A DNA stretch of 64,000 nucleotides from an uncultured Candidatus Binatia bacterium (GTDB lineage Bacteria; Desulfobacterota; Binatia; Bin18). Below are positions 1 to 12,144 of the stretch, piece by piece. The translations under genes were made by a program, and so were the position numbers. Numbering within the stretch: position 1 is the stretch's first letter; every line of letters starts with the position of its first letter. The notes beneath the pieces were generated by a model. That model was not told where the DNA came from. It did not search any database and worked only from the letters and a program-made list of their open reading frames with translations. The stretch covers positions 1,600,001 to 1,664,000 of the forward strand of contig OZ243961.1 in the NCBI GenBank assembly GCA_965214605.1. Direction: 5' to 3'.

Positions 1-106
1 GCTCAGCAACGCTGAGGCCCTTGTATTCGGCGATAACCGCCGCGTGGACATTCTGAAAGACCCCGTGTAAGTCGGAGACAGTCCGCTCTTTCTCGTGACG
101 CTCCAT
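1..106 (-). CDS. rplJ: 50S ribosomal protein L10, 5' part (runs off window)
   Basis: Manual translation from ATG at 106: MERHEKERTVSDLHGVFQNVHAAVIAEYKGLSVAE, an L10 N-terminus; follows rplA. Confidence 0.9.
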   Translation of the reverse strand, partial: MERHEKERTVSDLHGVFQNVHAAVIAEYKGLSVAE

Positions 107-162
107 ATTAATCGCTCGTTCTCTCCTTAGTGTCGGACCCCTCTTAGTCTCCGAAACATGGC

Positions 163-864
163 TCAGCTGCGCTGGGCCGTCGATGGATCCACCCGTACCC
201 CGGGTCCCATGGTGGTACTGACGCACACACCTTGGAGGTAGGTTCCCCGTGCAGAAGCAGGCTTGGCACGCACTAACCCCTCAATCAGGGAGCTAGCATT
301 TTCAAGCAGCTGTCGTTCGCTAAACGACGCTTTTCCGACTGGAACATGAACATTGCCAACTTTATCGACCCGATACTCGACCTTCCCGCCCTTGATATCC
401 TGAACGGCCTGTGCGACATCCATAGTCACCGTCCCGACTTTGGGGTTAGGCATCAAGCCCCGGGGGCCAAGGATTTTTCCAATCCGGCCGACCACACCCA
501 TCATGTCTGGCGTCGCCACTGCCTTGTCAAACTCAATCCAGCCTTCATCGGTAATCCGCGCTACCAGGTCTTCAGCCCCGACAACATCGGCACCCGCCTC
601 TTCGGCTTCGCGGGCTTTGTCGCCTTTGGCAAAGACAACCACCCGAACAGATTTTCCCGTCCCGTGCGGTAACACTACAGTACCGCGCACGTTTTGATCG
701 GCCTTACGCGGATCGACGCCAAGCCGGACGGCGATCTCCACTGTTTCGTCAAATTTCGCTCGGGCGGTTCCTTTAACTAGGGCGACGGCTTGGGACAAAG
801 GGTAGCGTTGTTCGCGATCAACTTTTTCGACCGCAAGCCGGTATCCTTTACTTTTCTTTGCCAT
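163..864 (-). CDS. rplA: 50S ribosomal protein L1
   Basis: [15 protein letters not shown] and [10 protein letters not shown] motifs; start moved to MAKKSK at 864, next to the rplK stop. Confidence 0.97.
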   Translation of the reverse strand: MAKKSKGYRLAVEKVDREQRYPLSQAVALVKGTARAKFDETVEIAVRLGVDPRKADQNVRGTVVLPHGTGKSVRVVVFAKGDKAREAEEAGADVVGAEDLVARITDEGWIEFDKAVATPDMMGVVGRIGKILGPRGLMPNPKVGTVTMDVAQAVQDIKGGKVEYRVDKVGNVHVPVGKASFSERQLLENASSLIEGLVRAKPASARGTYLQGVCVSTTMGPGVRVDPSTAQRS

Positions 865-865
865 A

Positions 866-1291
866 TTAGTCCACCACAGTGACGCCCATGCTCCGGGCGG
901 TTCCTTCAATAATTTTTCGGGCTCCCTCTATATCGTTGGCGTTTAAATCGGGCATTTTTGTCCTTGCGATCTCTTCTATCTGGGCACGCGAGATGGACCC
1001 GATAATATCTTTGGCCGGCTCCTGGGAGCCTTTTTCAATCCCCATGGCTTTCTTAATCAAGACGGAAGCAGGCGGAGTCTTAGTGACAAAAGAAAAAGAA
1101 CGGTCTGCATAGACTGTGATCAGAACAGGGATTATCATCCCCTGTTGAGCCTGCGTCCTGGCGTTAAACGCCTTGCAGAATTCCATAATATTGACCCCTC
1201 GTTGCCCAAGTGCGGGTCCAACAGGCGGACTGGGGGTTGCCTGTCCGGCTGGAATCTGCAGTTTCACTTCGGCCATCACTTTCTTTGCCAT
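866..1291 (-). CDS. rplK: 50S ribosomal protein L11
   Basis: [26 protein letters not shown] signature. Confidence 0.98.
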   Translation of the reverse strand: MAKKVMAEVKLQIPAGQATPSPPVGPALGQRGVNIMEFCKAFNARTQAQQGMIIPVLITVYADRSFSFVTKTPPASVLIKKAMGIEKGSQEPAKDIIGSISRAQIEEIARTKMPDLNANDIEGARKIIEGTARSMGVTVVD

Positions 1292-1301
1292 CCGTGCCTC
1301 T

Positions 1302-1856
1302 TTAGGTTTTCTCGACTTGCACTAGGTCGAGTTCAACTGGGGTTGCCCGACCGAAGATGCTAATCAGCACCCGTAATTTTCCCTTGTCTGGTTTGACCTC
1401 TTCAACTACGCCGGTGAAATCCTGAAAAGGTCCGTCCACGACCTTCACTCCCTCACCGACCTCGTACAAAACCTTGGGTTTTGGTCGTAAGGTCCCCTCT
1501 TGGACCTGGTTCCGAATCTCTGCCACTTCGGCCTCGGACACCGGAGGTATGGTTTGGGGGTCAAAAGAGCCTCCGACAAAGCCGGTAACTTTCGGCGTTG
1601 ATTTGACAACATGCCAGGTCTCGTTACTCATCTCCATCTGGACCAGGATATAGCCAGGAAAAAACTTGCGGGCAGAGGTCCGTTTGCGGCCTTTGACAAG
1701 CTCAACAACCTGCTCTTCCGGAACGAGGATGTCGCCGAACTGGTCTTCCTTCCGCAGCATACGGATGCGTTCCTCAAGAGCTGCCTTGGCTTTCCGCTCG
1801 TACCCAGAGTAGGTATGGACAACGTACCACTGCTTGGCCATATCGTAATCTGCCAT
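1302..1856 (-). CDS. nusG: Transcription termination/antitermination factor NusG (alternative start 1841)
   Basis: [19 protein letters not shown]-terminal KOW domain (VKVVDGPF...[10 protein letters not shown]). Confidence 0.97.
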   Translation of the reverse strand: MADYDMAKQWYVVHTYSGYERKAKAALEERIRMLRKEDQFGDILVPEEQVVELVKGRKRTSARKFFPGYILVQMEMSNETWHVVKSTPKVTGFVGGSFDPQTIPPVSEAEVAEIRNQVQEGTLRPKPKVLYEVGEGVKVVDGPFQDFTGVVEEVKPDKGKLRVLISIFGRATPVELDLVQVEKT

Positions 1857-1868
1857 CCCAATGAAGAC

Positions 1869-2069
1869 TTAATAACCAAGTAGCAGGCGTAAGAGCCAGG
1901 CGAGAAAAGCGTCAACAACGAACAGATAGAGCGCAATAATACTGACCAAAACCAACACCACCCAGGTTGCTGCCCGGACTTCCTTTTGGGCAGGCCAATG
2001 CACCCGTTGCAGCTCAGCCCAGGCTTCCTGCAGAAATGTCCTAGCGGTGTCAAAGCTAGCCCGTATCAT
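1869..2069 (-). CDS. secE: Preprotein translocase subunit SecE
   Basis: ELQRVHWP motif plus one TM helix; lies upstream of nusG. Confidence 0.92.
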   Translation of the reverse strand: MIRASFDTARTFLQEAWAELQRVHWPAQKEVRAATWVVLVLVSIIALYLFVVDAFLAWLLRLLLGY

Positions 2070-2142
2070 ACTACACTCACTTTGCCTGTATCCTCATCTC
2101 CGCTCTCATACAACTGAGACTCTTCTGAAACTTGGTTGGCAA

Positions 2143-2217
2143 CGGGTCAGGCAGGCTTCGAACCTGCAACCCCCGGATTTGGAGTCCGGTGCTCTATCCA
2201 ATTCGAGCTACTGACCC
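2143..2217 (-). tRNA. tRNA-Trp(CCA)
   Basis: Cloverleaf: GGGTCAG/CTGACCC acceptor, CCGGA-CTCCAAA-TCCGG anticodon arm, TTCGAAG T-loop. Confidence 0.95.
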
Positions 2218-2262
2218 GCACAGTCACGCTACTGACCACAACATATCAAGAGCAACGAGATT

Positions 2263-3441
<1,179 letters not shown>

Positions 3442-3525
3442 AGACTCTCGCTCCTTGCTGCTCGTCGTTACTCCGCTCTTTTAGCCTGCTTCATCGTCCT
3501 ATTCTCTGGCAAAAGCAAATAAAGA

Positions 3526-3598
3526 AGCCCAGGAGCGGGTTTGAACCGCCGACCTCGTCCTTACCAAGGACGTGCTCTACCTGCTGAGCTACCTGGGC
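3526..3598 (-). tRNA. tRNA-Thr(GGT)
   Basis: GCCCAGG/CCTGGGC acceptor; CGTCC-TTGGTAA-GGACG anticodon arm. Confidence 0.95.
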
Positions 3599-3702
3599 CC
3601 TTGCGTGCTCGTGCGCACTCGATATGGCTACACTCCACAGCATTCTACTATATATATGTAGGCGTGTAACGGGAAGCCCTTCGGCCTATCCTGCGAGGCG
3701 TC

Positions 3703-3779
3703 TGGAGCGGGAAACGGGATTCGAACCCGCGACCCCGAGCTTGGAAGGCTCGCGCTCTAGCCAACTGAGCTATTCCCGC
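3703..3779 (-). tRNA. tRNA-Gly(TCC)
   Basis: GCGGGAA/TTCCCGC acceptor; CGAGC-CTTCCAA-GCTCG; encoded CCA. Confidence 0.96.
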
Positions 3780-3801
3780 CTAGATTCGTCTTTATTAAGA
3801 G

Positions 3802-3884
3802 TGGAGAGGGAAGGATTCGAACCTTCGAAGGCATACGCCGGCAGATTTACAGTCTGCTCCCTTTGGCCGCTCGGGCACCTCTCC
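3802..3884 (-). tRNA. tRNA-Tyr(GTA)
   Basis: GGAGAGG/CCTCTCC acceptor; GCAGA-CTGTAAA-TCTGC; long variable arm. Confidence 0.96.
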
Positions 3885-3919
3885 GTACCATATTGACTCA
3901 CCTTGCCCACTCAGGAGAA

Positions 3920-3991
3920 AGCTGGCGATAGGACTTGAACCTACAACCTGCTGATTACAAATCAGCTGCTCTACCGTTGAGCTACGCCAGC
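3920..3991 (-). tRNA. tRNA-Thr(TGT)
   Basis: GCTGGCG/CGCCAGC acceptor; GCTGA-TTTGTAA-TCAGC; completes the Thr-Tyr-Gly-Thr-tuf arrangement. Confidence 0.95.
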
Positions 3992-4081
3992 AGTAGAGAA
4001 TATTCTTCTGGCCGTTGTCTTTAACCTCCCGCTACGGAAAGACTCGACAAAATTCTGTTTTAGTTTACAAACGGATTTGGT

Positions 4082-4110
4082 AGCTTAGTCCGTTTTCTCG
4101 GACAAGTCAA
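4082..4110 (-). promoter_or_regulatory. Putative sigma70 promoter of the tRNA-tuf operon
   Basis: Minus strand TTGACT-17 nt-TAAGCT; the spacer contains the inverted repeat GTCCG-N6-CGGAC. Confidence 0.6.
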
Positions 4111-4161
4111 GTAGTGTAGAGGTGGCTGCCGAGCCGTCTCGAGCCGCTTTTGGAAGCGGCC

Positions 4162-4914
4162 TTATTGCGTCAGATTTCTCCGCAACATCTCATATAGGGC
4201 AATAGCCCCAGCCACAGCCACGTTCAAGGAGCCGATCTCCCCTTGTAGCGGAAGCGCAACCAGACAATCACACCGGGCCCGTACCACAGACCTCAGCCCT
4301 TTTTCCTCTCCCCCGAGCAACAGAGCGATATTATGCTGCAGATCGAGATCATACAAAGTTTGAGGTGCCTCGGGGGCGAGCCCAACCAACCAGTAGCCTG
4401 CGGCGTGGATGCGATCTAGTGAGCGGGCGAGATTACTGACTTGGCAGATCGGCAGATACGCGGTTGCCCCTGCCGCTGTTTTTTCAACAACAGCAGAAAG
4501 AGGAGCAGCCCGCCGCTGGGGAAGAATCACGCCTCCGACTCCTACCGCTTCGGCGGTTCGTAATAGGGCTCCAAGGTTGCGGGGATCGAGAATACCGTCG
4601 AGAACGAGGAGCAGGTTGGCGTGTTGTTCCAAGATGTGGGACAGTGCAGTGTAGGGAAAAGGCTGCAAATGAGCCGCAGCCCCTTGATGTCCGCCGCCTG
4701 GAGCCAGGGCGCGAAAAAAAGAGGGGGCTTCATACGAAAGAGGAATAGCGTGTTGACGGGCCAGGATGGCAAGCGGCGACCCCTTGAGGTTTGGCGAGAG
4801 GAAAATATGCTGAACCGCCTCAGGCGCAGCCCGGAGATACTCTCGAACAGGATGAAGCCCATACACGGTTCTTAGTTTACAAGCCTGTCCTTTTTTCCTA
4901 GGATTCAAAGACAT
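4162..4914 (-). CDS. rlmB: 23S rRNA Gm2251 2'-O-methyltransferase, SpoU family (true start may be GTG at 4866)
   Basis: YGLHPV, LDGILDPRNLGALLRTA, GGEEKGL, SLNVAVA SPOUT motifs. Confidence 0.9.
   Translation of the reverse strand: MSLNPRKKGQACKLRTVYGLHPVREYLRAAPEAVQHIFLSPNLKGSPLAILARQHAIPLSYEAPSFFRALAPGGGHQGAAAHLQPFPYTALSHILEQHANLLLVLDGILDPRNLGALLRTAEAVGVGGVILPQRRAAPLSAVVEKTAAGATAYLPICQVSNLARSLDRIHAAGYWLVGLAPEAPQTLYDLDLQHNIALLLGGEEKGLRSVVRARCDCLVALPLQGEIGSLNVAVAGAIALYEMLRRNLTQ
4876..4904 (+). promoter_or_regulatory. Putative sigma70 promoter for lptFG (near-leaderless)
   Basis: TTTACA-17 nt-TAGGAT, 8 nt before the lptF ATG; no Shine-Dalgarno. Confidence 0.5.
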
Positions 4915-6094
4915 GGGCCGTATCCTCTTTCGCTACGTCTGCCGCGAGGTTGTACCTCCATTTCTCATCGGCCTGCTAATTTTTACTATTCTGCTGTTTA
5001 CTATTCGTATCATCAAACTCGTCGACTTGGTTGTAAATCGAGGGGTCCCAATCGCCCAACTCCTCGAAATTTTTGCCTATGTTTTGCCCGCCTTTTTTGA
5101 GAGCACTGTTCCAATGGCCTTCTTATTAGCGCTCTTATGGGGGCTTGGACGGCTGTCTGCGGACCGGGAAATAATCGCGCTTAAGAGCTGCGGGATTAGT
5201 CTGTTTCAGCTAGCAATTCCTGTCTGGATGTTGGCGGCCATCTTACTGTGTACCACATTTATCTTGACCCTCTACGCCAGTCCCTGGAGCAACGCTGCTC
5301 TCAAACAGGCGCTGTATACGATTGCGACAACTCACGCCTCAGCTGGCCTGAAAGAGAAAACGTTTAACACCGATTTTGCTGGACTCGTTATTTATATGGA
5401 AGAAATTTTGCCACCGGGAACGCATCTGCAAGGCGTCATGATTGCCGACAACCGGCATGCCCAGCATCAGAATACGATTTTTGCCGAACGCGGGAGCATT
5501 CTGGCCGCAGAGGACCACGACATCCTGACGTTGCGTTTAGTGGATGGGTCAATCCACAGCTTTAAACAACTCAGTCATACCTACCATACCACCCATTTTG
5601 CCGTCTATGATGTGAACCTTGATGTCAGCGCAATCTTGGCCAATGTGAAAGAGCCGGTATGGAAGCCAAAGGAAATGTTATTCGGGCAACTGCTCGATAC
5701 ACTCTCCCAGAGCAAAGCCGACACAAAGCAGGAACGCAACGTCTTAATAGAACTGCACCGTCGCCTGTCTGTGCCGTTTGCCTGTGTGGTCTTTAGCTTC
5801 CTTGCCCTTCCCTTAAGTCTCCAGCTTCGAGGGGCGCAACACTCGCACGGCTTTGCCCTGACGATGGGAGTCTTGTTTACCTACTATTTGCTACTCACTG
5901 TGGGAGAAGCGCTCGGCAAAAAGGCAGTCCTCCCACCGGGCATTGCCCTGTGGCTGCCGAATATTATACTGGGAATCGTTGGCGTTTACCTCTTTGAGCG
6001 CACCCGGCAGGAAAAACCTTTTTTCAAAAATCTGGTATGGAAACGAAGTTCCGTCCCAAAACCAGAAGCTTGGCTTCCGATAGCCCGTCCGTAA
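4913..6094 (+). CDS. lptF: LPS export ABC transporter permease LptF
   Basis: YjgP/Q family layout: RLSADREIIALKSCGIS, three TMs, periplasmic domain, ELHRRLSVPF, three TMs. Confidence 0.9.
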   Translation: MGRILFRYVCREVVPPFLIGLLIFTILLFTIRIIKLVDLVVNRGVPIAQLLEIFAYVLPAFFESTVPMAFLLALLWGLGRLSADREIIALKSCGISLFQLAIPVWMLAAILLCTTFILTLYASPWSNAALKQALYTIATTHASAGLKEKTFNTDFAGLVIYMEEILPPGTHLQGVMIADNRHAQHQNTIFAERGSILAAEDHDILTLRLVDGSIHSFKQLSHTYHTTHFAVYDVNLDVSAILANVKEPVWKPKEMLFGQLLDTLSQSKADTKQERNVLIELHRRLSVPFACVVFSFLALPLSLQLRGAQHSHGFALTMGVLFTYYLLLTVGEALGKKAVLPPGIALWLPNIILGIVGVYLFERTRQEKPFFKNLVWKRSSVPKPEAWLPIARP

Positions 6095-7206
6095 ATGCTC
6101 GGGCCGGCTTCTCCCCGCTCCTTCCTCGCTTCAGGCTGACACGTATTGTGAGCCTTTACCTGTGCACTGAGTACCTGCGCTTTTTCCTGTTCAATCTAGC
6201 CTTGTTCCTTGGTCTGTCATTGTTAGTCGACTTTTTTGACCGACTCGATAATTTTATCAAATACGGCGCTTCGGTGTCAGCAACCGTCCGCTATTTTGTG
6301 TTCAAAATTCCCCTCTTCGTCACCCAGGCCGCTCCAGCCGCAGCCCTGACCGGGGTTCTCATCGGCTGTGGTTTGCTGTCAAAAAACCGTGAGCTGCTCG
6401 CCTTGAAAGCGTGTGGTATGAGTCCGTGGCAGATGACGCTCCCGCTCCTCTTGACGGCCAGCCTTTTGAGCTTGGCCGTCAGAGCCTGGAACGAGTGGGT
6501 AGTCCCGGCCGCCTTTCACCATTCCCGTTATATTAACACTGTTGAAATTAAACAGCGACCGTTCAAAGGCCTCTTTCATGAACGGGGCTTCTGGTATCAT
6601 GGAGATGACGCCTTTTATCATATTGAGCATTTTGATTCGCAGAAAAAAATTATCTCAGGGCTGACCATATATATACTTGATCAGCGCTTCCGCGTCCGCT
6701 CCTTAGTCGAAATCGCAAGGGCGGAGTGGAAGGAAGAGAAGTGGCAGTTCACCGCAGTTCGAGAAAAGTCGTTGACCGGAGAAGGGCACGCCCAGCTCCA
6801 AGGGCTGAATATCCAGCTCCAAGAAACCCCGGAAGACTTCTCACTGATTGACATGAAAGCTGAGGAGTTCTCTTCGGATCAGCTCCGCAAGTATATTCTC
6901 AGCCTTCAGAAAAAAGGGCTTGATACGACCGAATATCTGGTCGATTTGCACCTCAAGAGTGCCGTGCCATTCGCGGCCCTGGTGATGACACTCATCGGCA
7001 TTGCCCTGACAATTCCCAGTTCCAAGCAGCGCGCGCTACCAGCGGTCTTAGGCCTAGCCCTCATAACAGGATTCGGCTACTGGCTTGTTTTGGCGTTCAG
7101 CATCTCTCTAGGGCACAGCGGCGCCATGCCACCTCAGCTCGCGGCCTGGCTGGCCAATGGAGTTGCTGGACTGTGTGGAGTCTTCCTTCTGCTGGGCGTT
7201 GATTAG
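6037..7206 (+). CDS. lptG: LPS export ABC transporter permease LptG (start uncertain, possibly GTG at 6148)
   Basis: LSKNRELLALKACGMS, AAWLAN; tandem paralogue of lptF. Confidence 0.88.
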   Translation: METKFRPKTRSLASDSPSVNARAGFSPLLPRFRLTRIVSLYLCTEYLRFFLFNLALFLGLSLLVDFFDRLDNFIKYGASVSATVRYFVFKIPLFVTQAAPAAALTGVLIGCGLLSKNRELLALKACGMSPWQMTLPLLLTASLLSLAVRAWNEWVVPAAFHHSRYINTVEIKQRPFKGLFHERGFWYHGDDAFYHIEHFDSQKKIISGLTIYILDQRFRVRSLVEIARAEWKEEKWQFTAVREKSLTGEGHAQLQGLNIQLQETPEDFSLIDMKAEEFSSDQLRKYILSLQKKGLDTTEYLVDLHLKSAVPFAALVMTLIGIALTIPSSKQRALPAVLGLALITGFGYWLVLAFSISLGHSGAMPPQLAAWLANGVAGLCGVFLLLGVD

Positions 7207-7216
7207 CAGGCTCTGT

Positions 7217-7615
7217 TTAACGTTTGGAGTATTGCGGCCGTTTCCGAGCCTTGTGTCTTCCGTATTTTTTCCGTTCGACCTGGCGAGAATCTCGGGTAAT
7301 AAACCTGGCCTTCTTCAAAGTCGGACGCAAATCAGGGTTCATCTCCAGCAAGGCGCGGGTGATCCCGTGCCGAATAGCCGCGGCTTGAGCAGAATTGCCG
7401 CCACCCTTGACATTGACAACAACGTCGTATCTGTCCTGCTCCTGAATCAAGGTCAGGGGTTGCTGTACAATCATACGGACAGTTTCCCGCCCAAAATACG
7501 TATTGAGATCACGGCGATTTATCGTATATTTCCCTTCTCCGGGAGAAAGGCGGACGCGGGCAACTGCCGTCTTGCGTTTCCCGGTCCCCCAATATTCGGT
7601 CCTTTGCTCAGCCAT
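7217..7615 (-). CDS. rpsI: 30S ribosomal protein S9
   Basis: [13 protein letters not shown]-terminal ERKKYG...PQYSKR. Confidence 0.98.
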   Translation of the reverse strand: MAEQRTEYWGTGKRKTAVARVRLSPGEGKYTINRRDLNTYFGRETVRMIVQQPLTLIQEQDRYDVVVNVKGGGNSAQAAAIRHGITRALLEMNPDLRPTLKKARFITRDSRQVERKKYGRHKARKRPQYSKR

Positions 7616-7629
7616 GTCTTCGCTTCTCC

Positions 7630-8070
7630 TCAAACGGTCAACGGCACTGGTTGCTGGGCAGCATGGGGATGATCAGGGCCCGCATAAATCTTGAGTTTTG
7701 TGGCAAGTGCTCGGCCATGCGCATTTTTAGGCAGCATACCAACAACCGCCTTCTTCACAATGTCTTCAGGATGTTTGGCTAGCATTTCTTCGGCTGAGGT
7801 TTGACGGATGCCTCCGGGATACTCGGTATGGCGGTAATACATTTTCTGCTGCCACTTATTCCCGGAAAAGAGGACCTGGTCGGCATTGATCACGATGACA
7901 AAGTCTCCGTTATCAATATAAGGAGCAAAAGAAGGATTGTTTTTGCCTCGGAGAACCTGGGCAATCATGCTGGCCAAACGGCCGACCATCTGCCCCTCGG
8001 CATCAACAAGATACCAGCGGCGGGCAGCTAGTGAGGCTTTTCGTGAACGTGTGGAAGTCTCTTTCTTCAT
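7630..8070 (-). CDS. rplM: 50S ribosomal protein L13
   Basis: [23 protein letters not shown]. Confidence 0.98.
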   Translation of the reverse strand: MKKETSTRSRKASLAARRWYLVDAEGQMVGRLASMIAQVLRGKNNPSFAPYIDNGDFVIVINADQVLFSGNKWQQKMYYRHTEYPGGIRQTSAEEMLAKHPEDIVKKAVVGMLPKNAHGRALATKLKIYAGPDHPHAAQQPVPLTV

Positions 8071-8107
8071 CCTTACCTGCGTCCTTAAATAAACTGCGAA
8101 GATAGGG

Positions 8108-8184
8108 TGGCGGGGCCGACGAGACTCGAACTCGCGACCTCCGGCGTGACAGGCCGGCGTTCTAACCAGCTGAACTACGACCCC
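8108..8184 (-). tRNA. tRNA-Asp(GTC)
   Basis: GGGGTCG/CGGCCCC acceptor; CCGGC-CTGTCAC-GCCGG; encoded CCA. Confidence 0.96.
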
Positions 8185-8188
8185 ACCA

Positions 8189-8260
8189 TGGGCGGTATCC
8201 GGTTTGAACGGATGGCCCTCGGCTTGTAAGGCCGATGCTCTTCCACTGAGCTAACCGCCC
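8189..8260 (-). tRNA. tRNA-Val(TAC)
   Basis: GGGCGGT/ACCGCCC acceptor; TCGGC-CTTACAA-GCCGA. Confidence 0.94.
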
Positions 8261-8378
8261 TTGAGCAAGGCTTGCAAGGCAGGCGTGGCAGAGAAAAGGC
8301 CCTCTCCTCTCTAGGAGGACAGAGCAGTACCACTGCCGCACCATCGTGTCAATCCCCAAATACGATCCGATTGTCCGT

Positions 8379-10781
8379 CTAGTGAGTCACCACCTCCGAA
8401 GAATGCGGGACTTCGGTTTCTGGCGGATACAGGGATTGGTCAACGGCCGAGGCGTCGGCAATAAGAAACTGGTCAGGCTCGCTCAGGACCAGCGCTTTCC
8501 GCAGCACTTCATCGACATGCTCAACTACTTCAATCTGAACTGCTTTCAGAATTAGAGCGGGCACGTCTTGCAGATCTTTTTCATTTTCTGCCGGGATGAT
8601 GATCCGCTTAATCCCGCCTCGATGGGCGGCCAAAATTTTCTCTTTCAGACCGCCTATGGGGAGGACCCGTCCGCGCAGGGTCATCTCTCCAGTCATAGCA
8701 ACATCGTGGCGGACCGGAATTTTTGCTAAGGCGGACACAATTGACGTGGCCATTGTTACACCAGCTGACGGACCATCTTTTGGAATTGCGCCCTCGGGAA
8801 TATGCAGGTGGATATCAATGTTCTGATAAAAGTCTTTATCCAGACCAAGCTCAGCTGAGCGTGAGCGTACATAGCTCATTGCAGCCTGGGCGGACTCCTG
8901 CATCACATCCCCAATCTTGCCCGTAATGGTGAGTTTACCCTTGCCCGGCAAAACTGTCACCTCGGTCGCCAACAGCTCGCCGCCAACATCGGTCCAGGCC
9001 AGTCCGGTCACCACTCCCACTTTGTCTTCTTGCTCCACCTTGCTCACTCGGAACTTCAATGGACCAAGGTATTTCTGTAGGTTTTTGGTATTCAGCCGAA
9101 TTCGCGTATTCCGGTCTTTCTTGACCACCTCAACCGCAGCCTTGCGGCACAGCGTACCGATTTCGCGCTCAAGATTTCTGACGCCCGACTCTTTGGTGTA
9201 CGACCGTATGACCGAGGACAGTACACTATCCGGGAGATCGATATTCTTTTCGGTCAGCCCGTTGGCCTCGCGTTGTTTCTTCACCAAATAGCGTTTAGCG
9301 ATATGCAGCTTTTCGTATTCCGTGTAGCCCGGAAGACGAATGATTTCCATACGATCTTGTAAAGGACGGGGAATACGTTCGAGATTGTTGGCCGTGCAGA
9401 TGAAGAGGATCTGGGACAGATCATAATCCACATCAAGGTAGTGATCGTTAAAGCCCGCGTTCTGCTCAGGATCAAGCACTTCCATCAAAGCCGCAGACGG
9501 ATCGCCCCGAAAATCGGTCGACATCTTATCAATTTCGTCTAGCAGAAAGACAGGATTACCGGATCCAGCCTTTTTCATGCCCTGAATAATCTTGCCCGGC
9601 ATAGCCCCAATATACGTCCGTCGATGTCCGCGGATTTCGGCCTCATCACGGACTCCGCCAAGCGAGATGCGGACAAACTTCCGATCGGTCGCTCGCGCAA
9701 TCGACTTTCCTAACGAGGTTTTCCCAACTCCGGGAGGACCCACAAAACAGAGGATAGGGCCCTTGATCTGCCCGACTAAACTCTGAACGGCCAGATATTC
9801 GAGGATCCGCTCTTTGACCTTTTCTAGACCATAGTGATCTTCTTCGAGAATCTTCTCAGCTTCTTGAATATCAAGCTTGTCCTCAGTGTATTCATACCAT
9901 GGGAGGCACAGGAGCCAGTCGATATAGTTGCGGACGACCGTTGCCTCGGCTGACATCGGAGACATCATCTTGAGCTTCTTGAGCTCTTTTTCAAGTTTGT
10001 CCCGTGCCTCGGCCGACATCTTTTTCTGGCGAACCTTTTCTTCAAGCTCTTGGATCTCGTTTTTAAATTCATCCTTCTCACCGAGCTCTTTTTGGATCGC
10101 CCGCATCTGCTCGTTGAGATAGTACTCCTTTTGGGTCTTCTCCATCTGCTTTTTAACCCGATTGCGAATACGACGCTCGACCTCAAGAATCTCAATCTCA
10201 GAGCGCATGTACCCTAGGACTTTTTCGAGACGATCGGCGGGGTCAATTGTCTCTAGCAGTGTCTGTTTATCCTCAAGCTTGATGCCCAGGTGAGCAATGA
10301 TCGTGTCCGCCAGATGGGAGGGGTTCTTGATAGCCGCCACAGTCATGATCATTTCGGGCGGGATCTTTTTGTTAAGCCGGACGTAGTTCTCAAACGTCGA
10401 GTTGACACTCTTCACCAATGAGTCCAACTCCGCCGGGCGATTGTTCGTCTCTTGAATCTCCTCCACTTCAACGGCGAAGAAGTCTGGATGCTCAACATGT
10501 TGAACAATCTGTCCCCGCTGTTTGCCTTCGACGAGCACTTTGACTGTTCCGTCTGGCAAGCGCAACAGCTGGACGACCGTTCCCATGGTCCCGATCTGAT
10601 AGATATCTTGGGGGGTCGGATCGTTGACCTTAGCGTCACGCTGGGTGGACAGAAATATCAACTTATCGCCGGCAACGGCATCCTCAAGGGCCTTAATAGA
10701 GCGTTGCCTTCCGACAAAAAGCGGAACAACCATATGCGGAAAAACGATGATGTCCCTTAGGGGTAAAAGTGGAAGTCGCAC
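8379..10781 (-). CDS. lon: ATP-dependent protease Lon
   Basis: LPLLPLRD N-domain, GPPGVGKTS Walker A, PKDGPSAG catalytic Ser; GGAGG RBS before GTG. Confidence 0.98.
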   Translation of the reverse strand: MRLPLLPLRDIIVFPHMVVPLFVGRQRSIKALEDAVAGDKLIFLSTQRDAKVNDPTPQDIYQIGTMGTVVQLLRLPDGTVKVLVEGKQRGQIVQHVEHPDFFAVEVEEIQETNNRPAELDSLVKSVNSTFENYVRLNKKIPPEMIMTVAAIKNPSHLADTIIAHLGIKLEDKQTLLETIDPADRLEKVLGYMRSEIEILEVERRIRNRVKKQMEKTQKEYYLNEQMRAIQKELGEKDEFKNEIQELEEKVRQKKMSAEARDKLEKELKKLKMMSPMSAEATVVRNYIDWLLCLPWYEYTEDKLDIQEAEKILEEDHYGLEKVKERILEYLAVQSLVGQIKGPILCFVGPPGVGKTSLGKSIARATDRKFVRISLGGVRDEAEIRGHRRTYIGAMPGKIIQGMKKAGSGNPVFLLDEIDKMSTDFRGDPSAALMEVLDPEQNAGFNDHYLDVDYDLSQILFICTANNLERIPRPLQDRMEIIRLPGYTEYEKLHIAKRYLVKKQREANGLTEKNIDLPDSVLSSVIRSYTKESGVRNLEREIGTLCRKAAVEVVKKDRNTRIRLNTKNLQKYLGPLKFRVSKVEQEDKVGVVTGLAWTDVGGELLATEVTVLPGKGKLTITGKIGDVMQESAQAAMSYVRSRSAELGLDKDFYQNIDIHLHIPEGAIPKDGPSAGVTMATSIVSALAKIPVRHDVAMTGEMTLRGRVLPIGGLKEKILAAHRGGIKRIIIPAENEKDLQDVPALILKAVQIEVVEHVDEVLRKALVLSEPDQFLIADASAVDQSLYPPETEVPHSSEVVTH

Positions 10782-10873
10782 GTTCCCTCCTTTGTCGCGA
10801 TTGCCTTTTTTCTCACGCCGTACCAGTGTAGGACAATCTTCGCCTCTCTGGTCATTTACACCATGAGTGCACC

Positions 10874-12124
10874 TTATGCAGTGGCTTTGAGATTGCGTTC
10901 AATACGAGGCTGTTCTTTGTGTGTAACCACTTCTTCAGAAATAACAACCTCTCGGATGTTTGGCTGAGAAGGAATGTCGTACATCACGTCGAGCATAATG
11001 TTTTCCATAATCGCCCGGAGACCCCGGGCTCCAGATTTTCGTGTTAAGGCTTCTTTAGCAATAGCTTCAAGCGCTTTTTCCTCAAATCGGAGATGGACAT
11101 TCTCCAAATCAAACAGCCTTTGATATTGCCGTACCAAGGCATTTTTTGGCTCTTTCAAGATACGTACGAGAGCCTGGTCGTCCAACTCCTCAAGCGTTGC
11201 CAACACAGGCAGGCGGCCAACAAATTCTGGAATCATCCCGAATTTGAGCAAATCTTCCGGCTGGACCTCGGCGAGCAGCGCGCTTCCACTCCGAGTTGAA
11301 CTCGCCTTGACATCGGCCCCGAAGCCCATATTCTTTCCTCCGGTTCGGCGTCGAATGACATCGTCGAGCCCGACGAACGCTCCGCCGCAGATAAAGAGGA
11401 TATTCGTCGTATCAATCTGGACAAACTCTTGTTGAGGGTGCTTTCTGCCTCCTTTTGGCGGAACACTGGCGACTGTTCCCTCAATGATTTTGAGCAGCGC
11501 CTGTTGGACGCCTTCCCCTGACACATCACGGGTGATGGAGGGGTTATCCCCCTTGCGGGCGACCTTGTCTATTTCATCAATGTAGACAATGCCTTTTTGG
11601 CATTTCTCCACATCGTAGTCAGCATTCTGGAGCAGGCTCAGAATAATATTCTCAACATCTTCGCCCACATAGCCCGCCTCAGTCAGGCTCGTCGCATCCC
11701 CGAGGGTGAAGGGCACCTGCAAGAAACGGGCTAAGGTCTGGGCCAGAAGTGTCTTGCCAGAGCCGGTTGGTCCAATCAGTAAAATATTCGACTTTTGCAG
11801 CTCGACGTCATTGGCTACCATTTGCGAATCAACTCGCTTATAATGGTTGTGGACAGCCACAGACAAGATCTTCTTGGCCCGCTCTTGGCCAATCACATAC
11901 TGATCGAGGACGCGTTTAATCTCGGCTGGCTTGGGAACAGCGGAGGCTGCTGTGAAGGACTCTTCATGATCACACTCTTCGGCAATGATATCGTTGCACA
12001 GGTCGATACATTCGTCGCAGATATAGACGGTGGGGCCAGCAATGAGTTTTCGTACCTCGTCCTGGCTCTTGCCACAAAAGGAGCACACTAAATTTCCTGG
12101 GCGATCGTCACTCTGTCTGGCCAT
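10874..12124 (-). CDS. clpX: Clp protease ATP-binding subunit ClpX
   Basis: CSFCGK...CDEC zinc finger, [14 protein letters not shown]. Confidence 0.98.
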   Translation of the reverse strand: MARQSDDRPGNLVCSFCGKSQDEVRKLIAGPTVYICDECIDLCNDIIAEECDHEESFTAASAVPKPAEIKRVLDQYVIGQERAKKILSVAVHNHYKRVDSQMVANDVELQKSNILLIGPTGSGKTLLAQTLARFLQVPFTLGDATSLTEAGYVGEDVENIILSLLQNADYDVEKCQKGIVYIDEIDKVARKGDNPSITRDVSGEGVQQALLKIIEGTVASVPPKGGRKHPQQEFVQIDTTNILFICGGAFVGLDDVIRRRTGGKNMGFGADVKASSTRSGSALLAEVQPEDLLKFGMIPEFVGRLPVLATLEELDDQALVRILKEPKNALVRQYQRLFDLENVHLRFEEKALEAIAKEALTRKSGARGLRAIMENIMLDVMYDIPSQPNIREVVISEEVVTHKEQPRIERNLKATA

Positions 12125-12144
12125 ACCCGCTCCTCACCGTTCTC

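Noticed and set aside
107-162. Possible L10 leader RNA between rplA and rplJ
   Set aside because: Only 56 nt with a weak TCGGA/TCCGA stem; I cannot match it to the L10 leader consensus by eye
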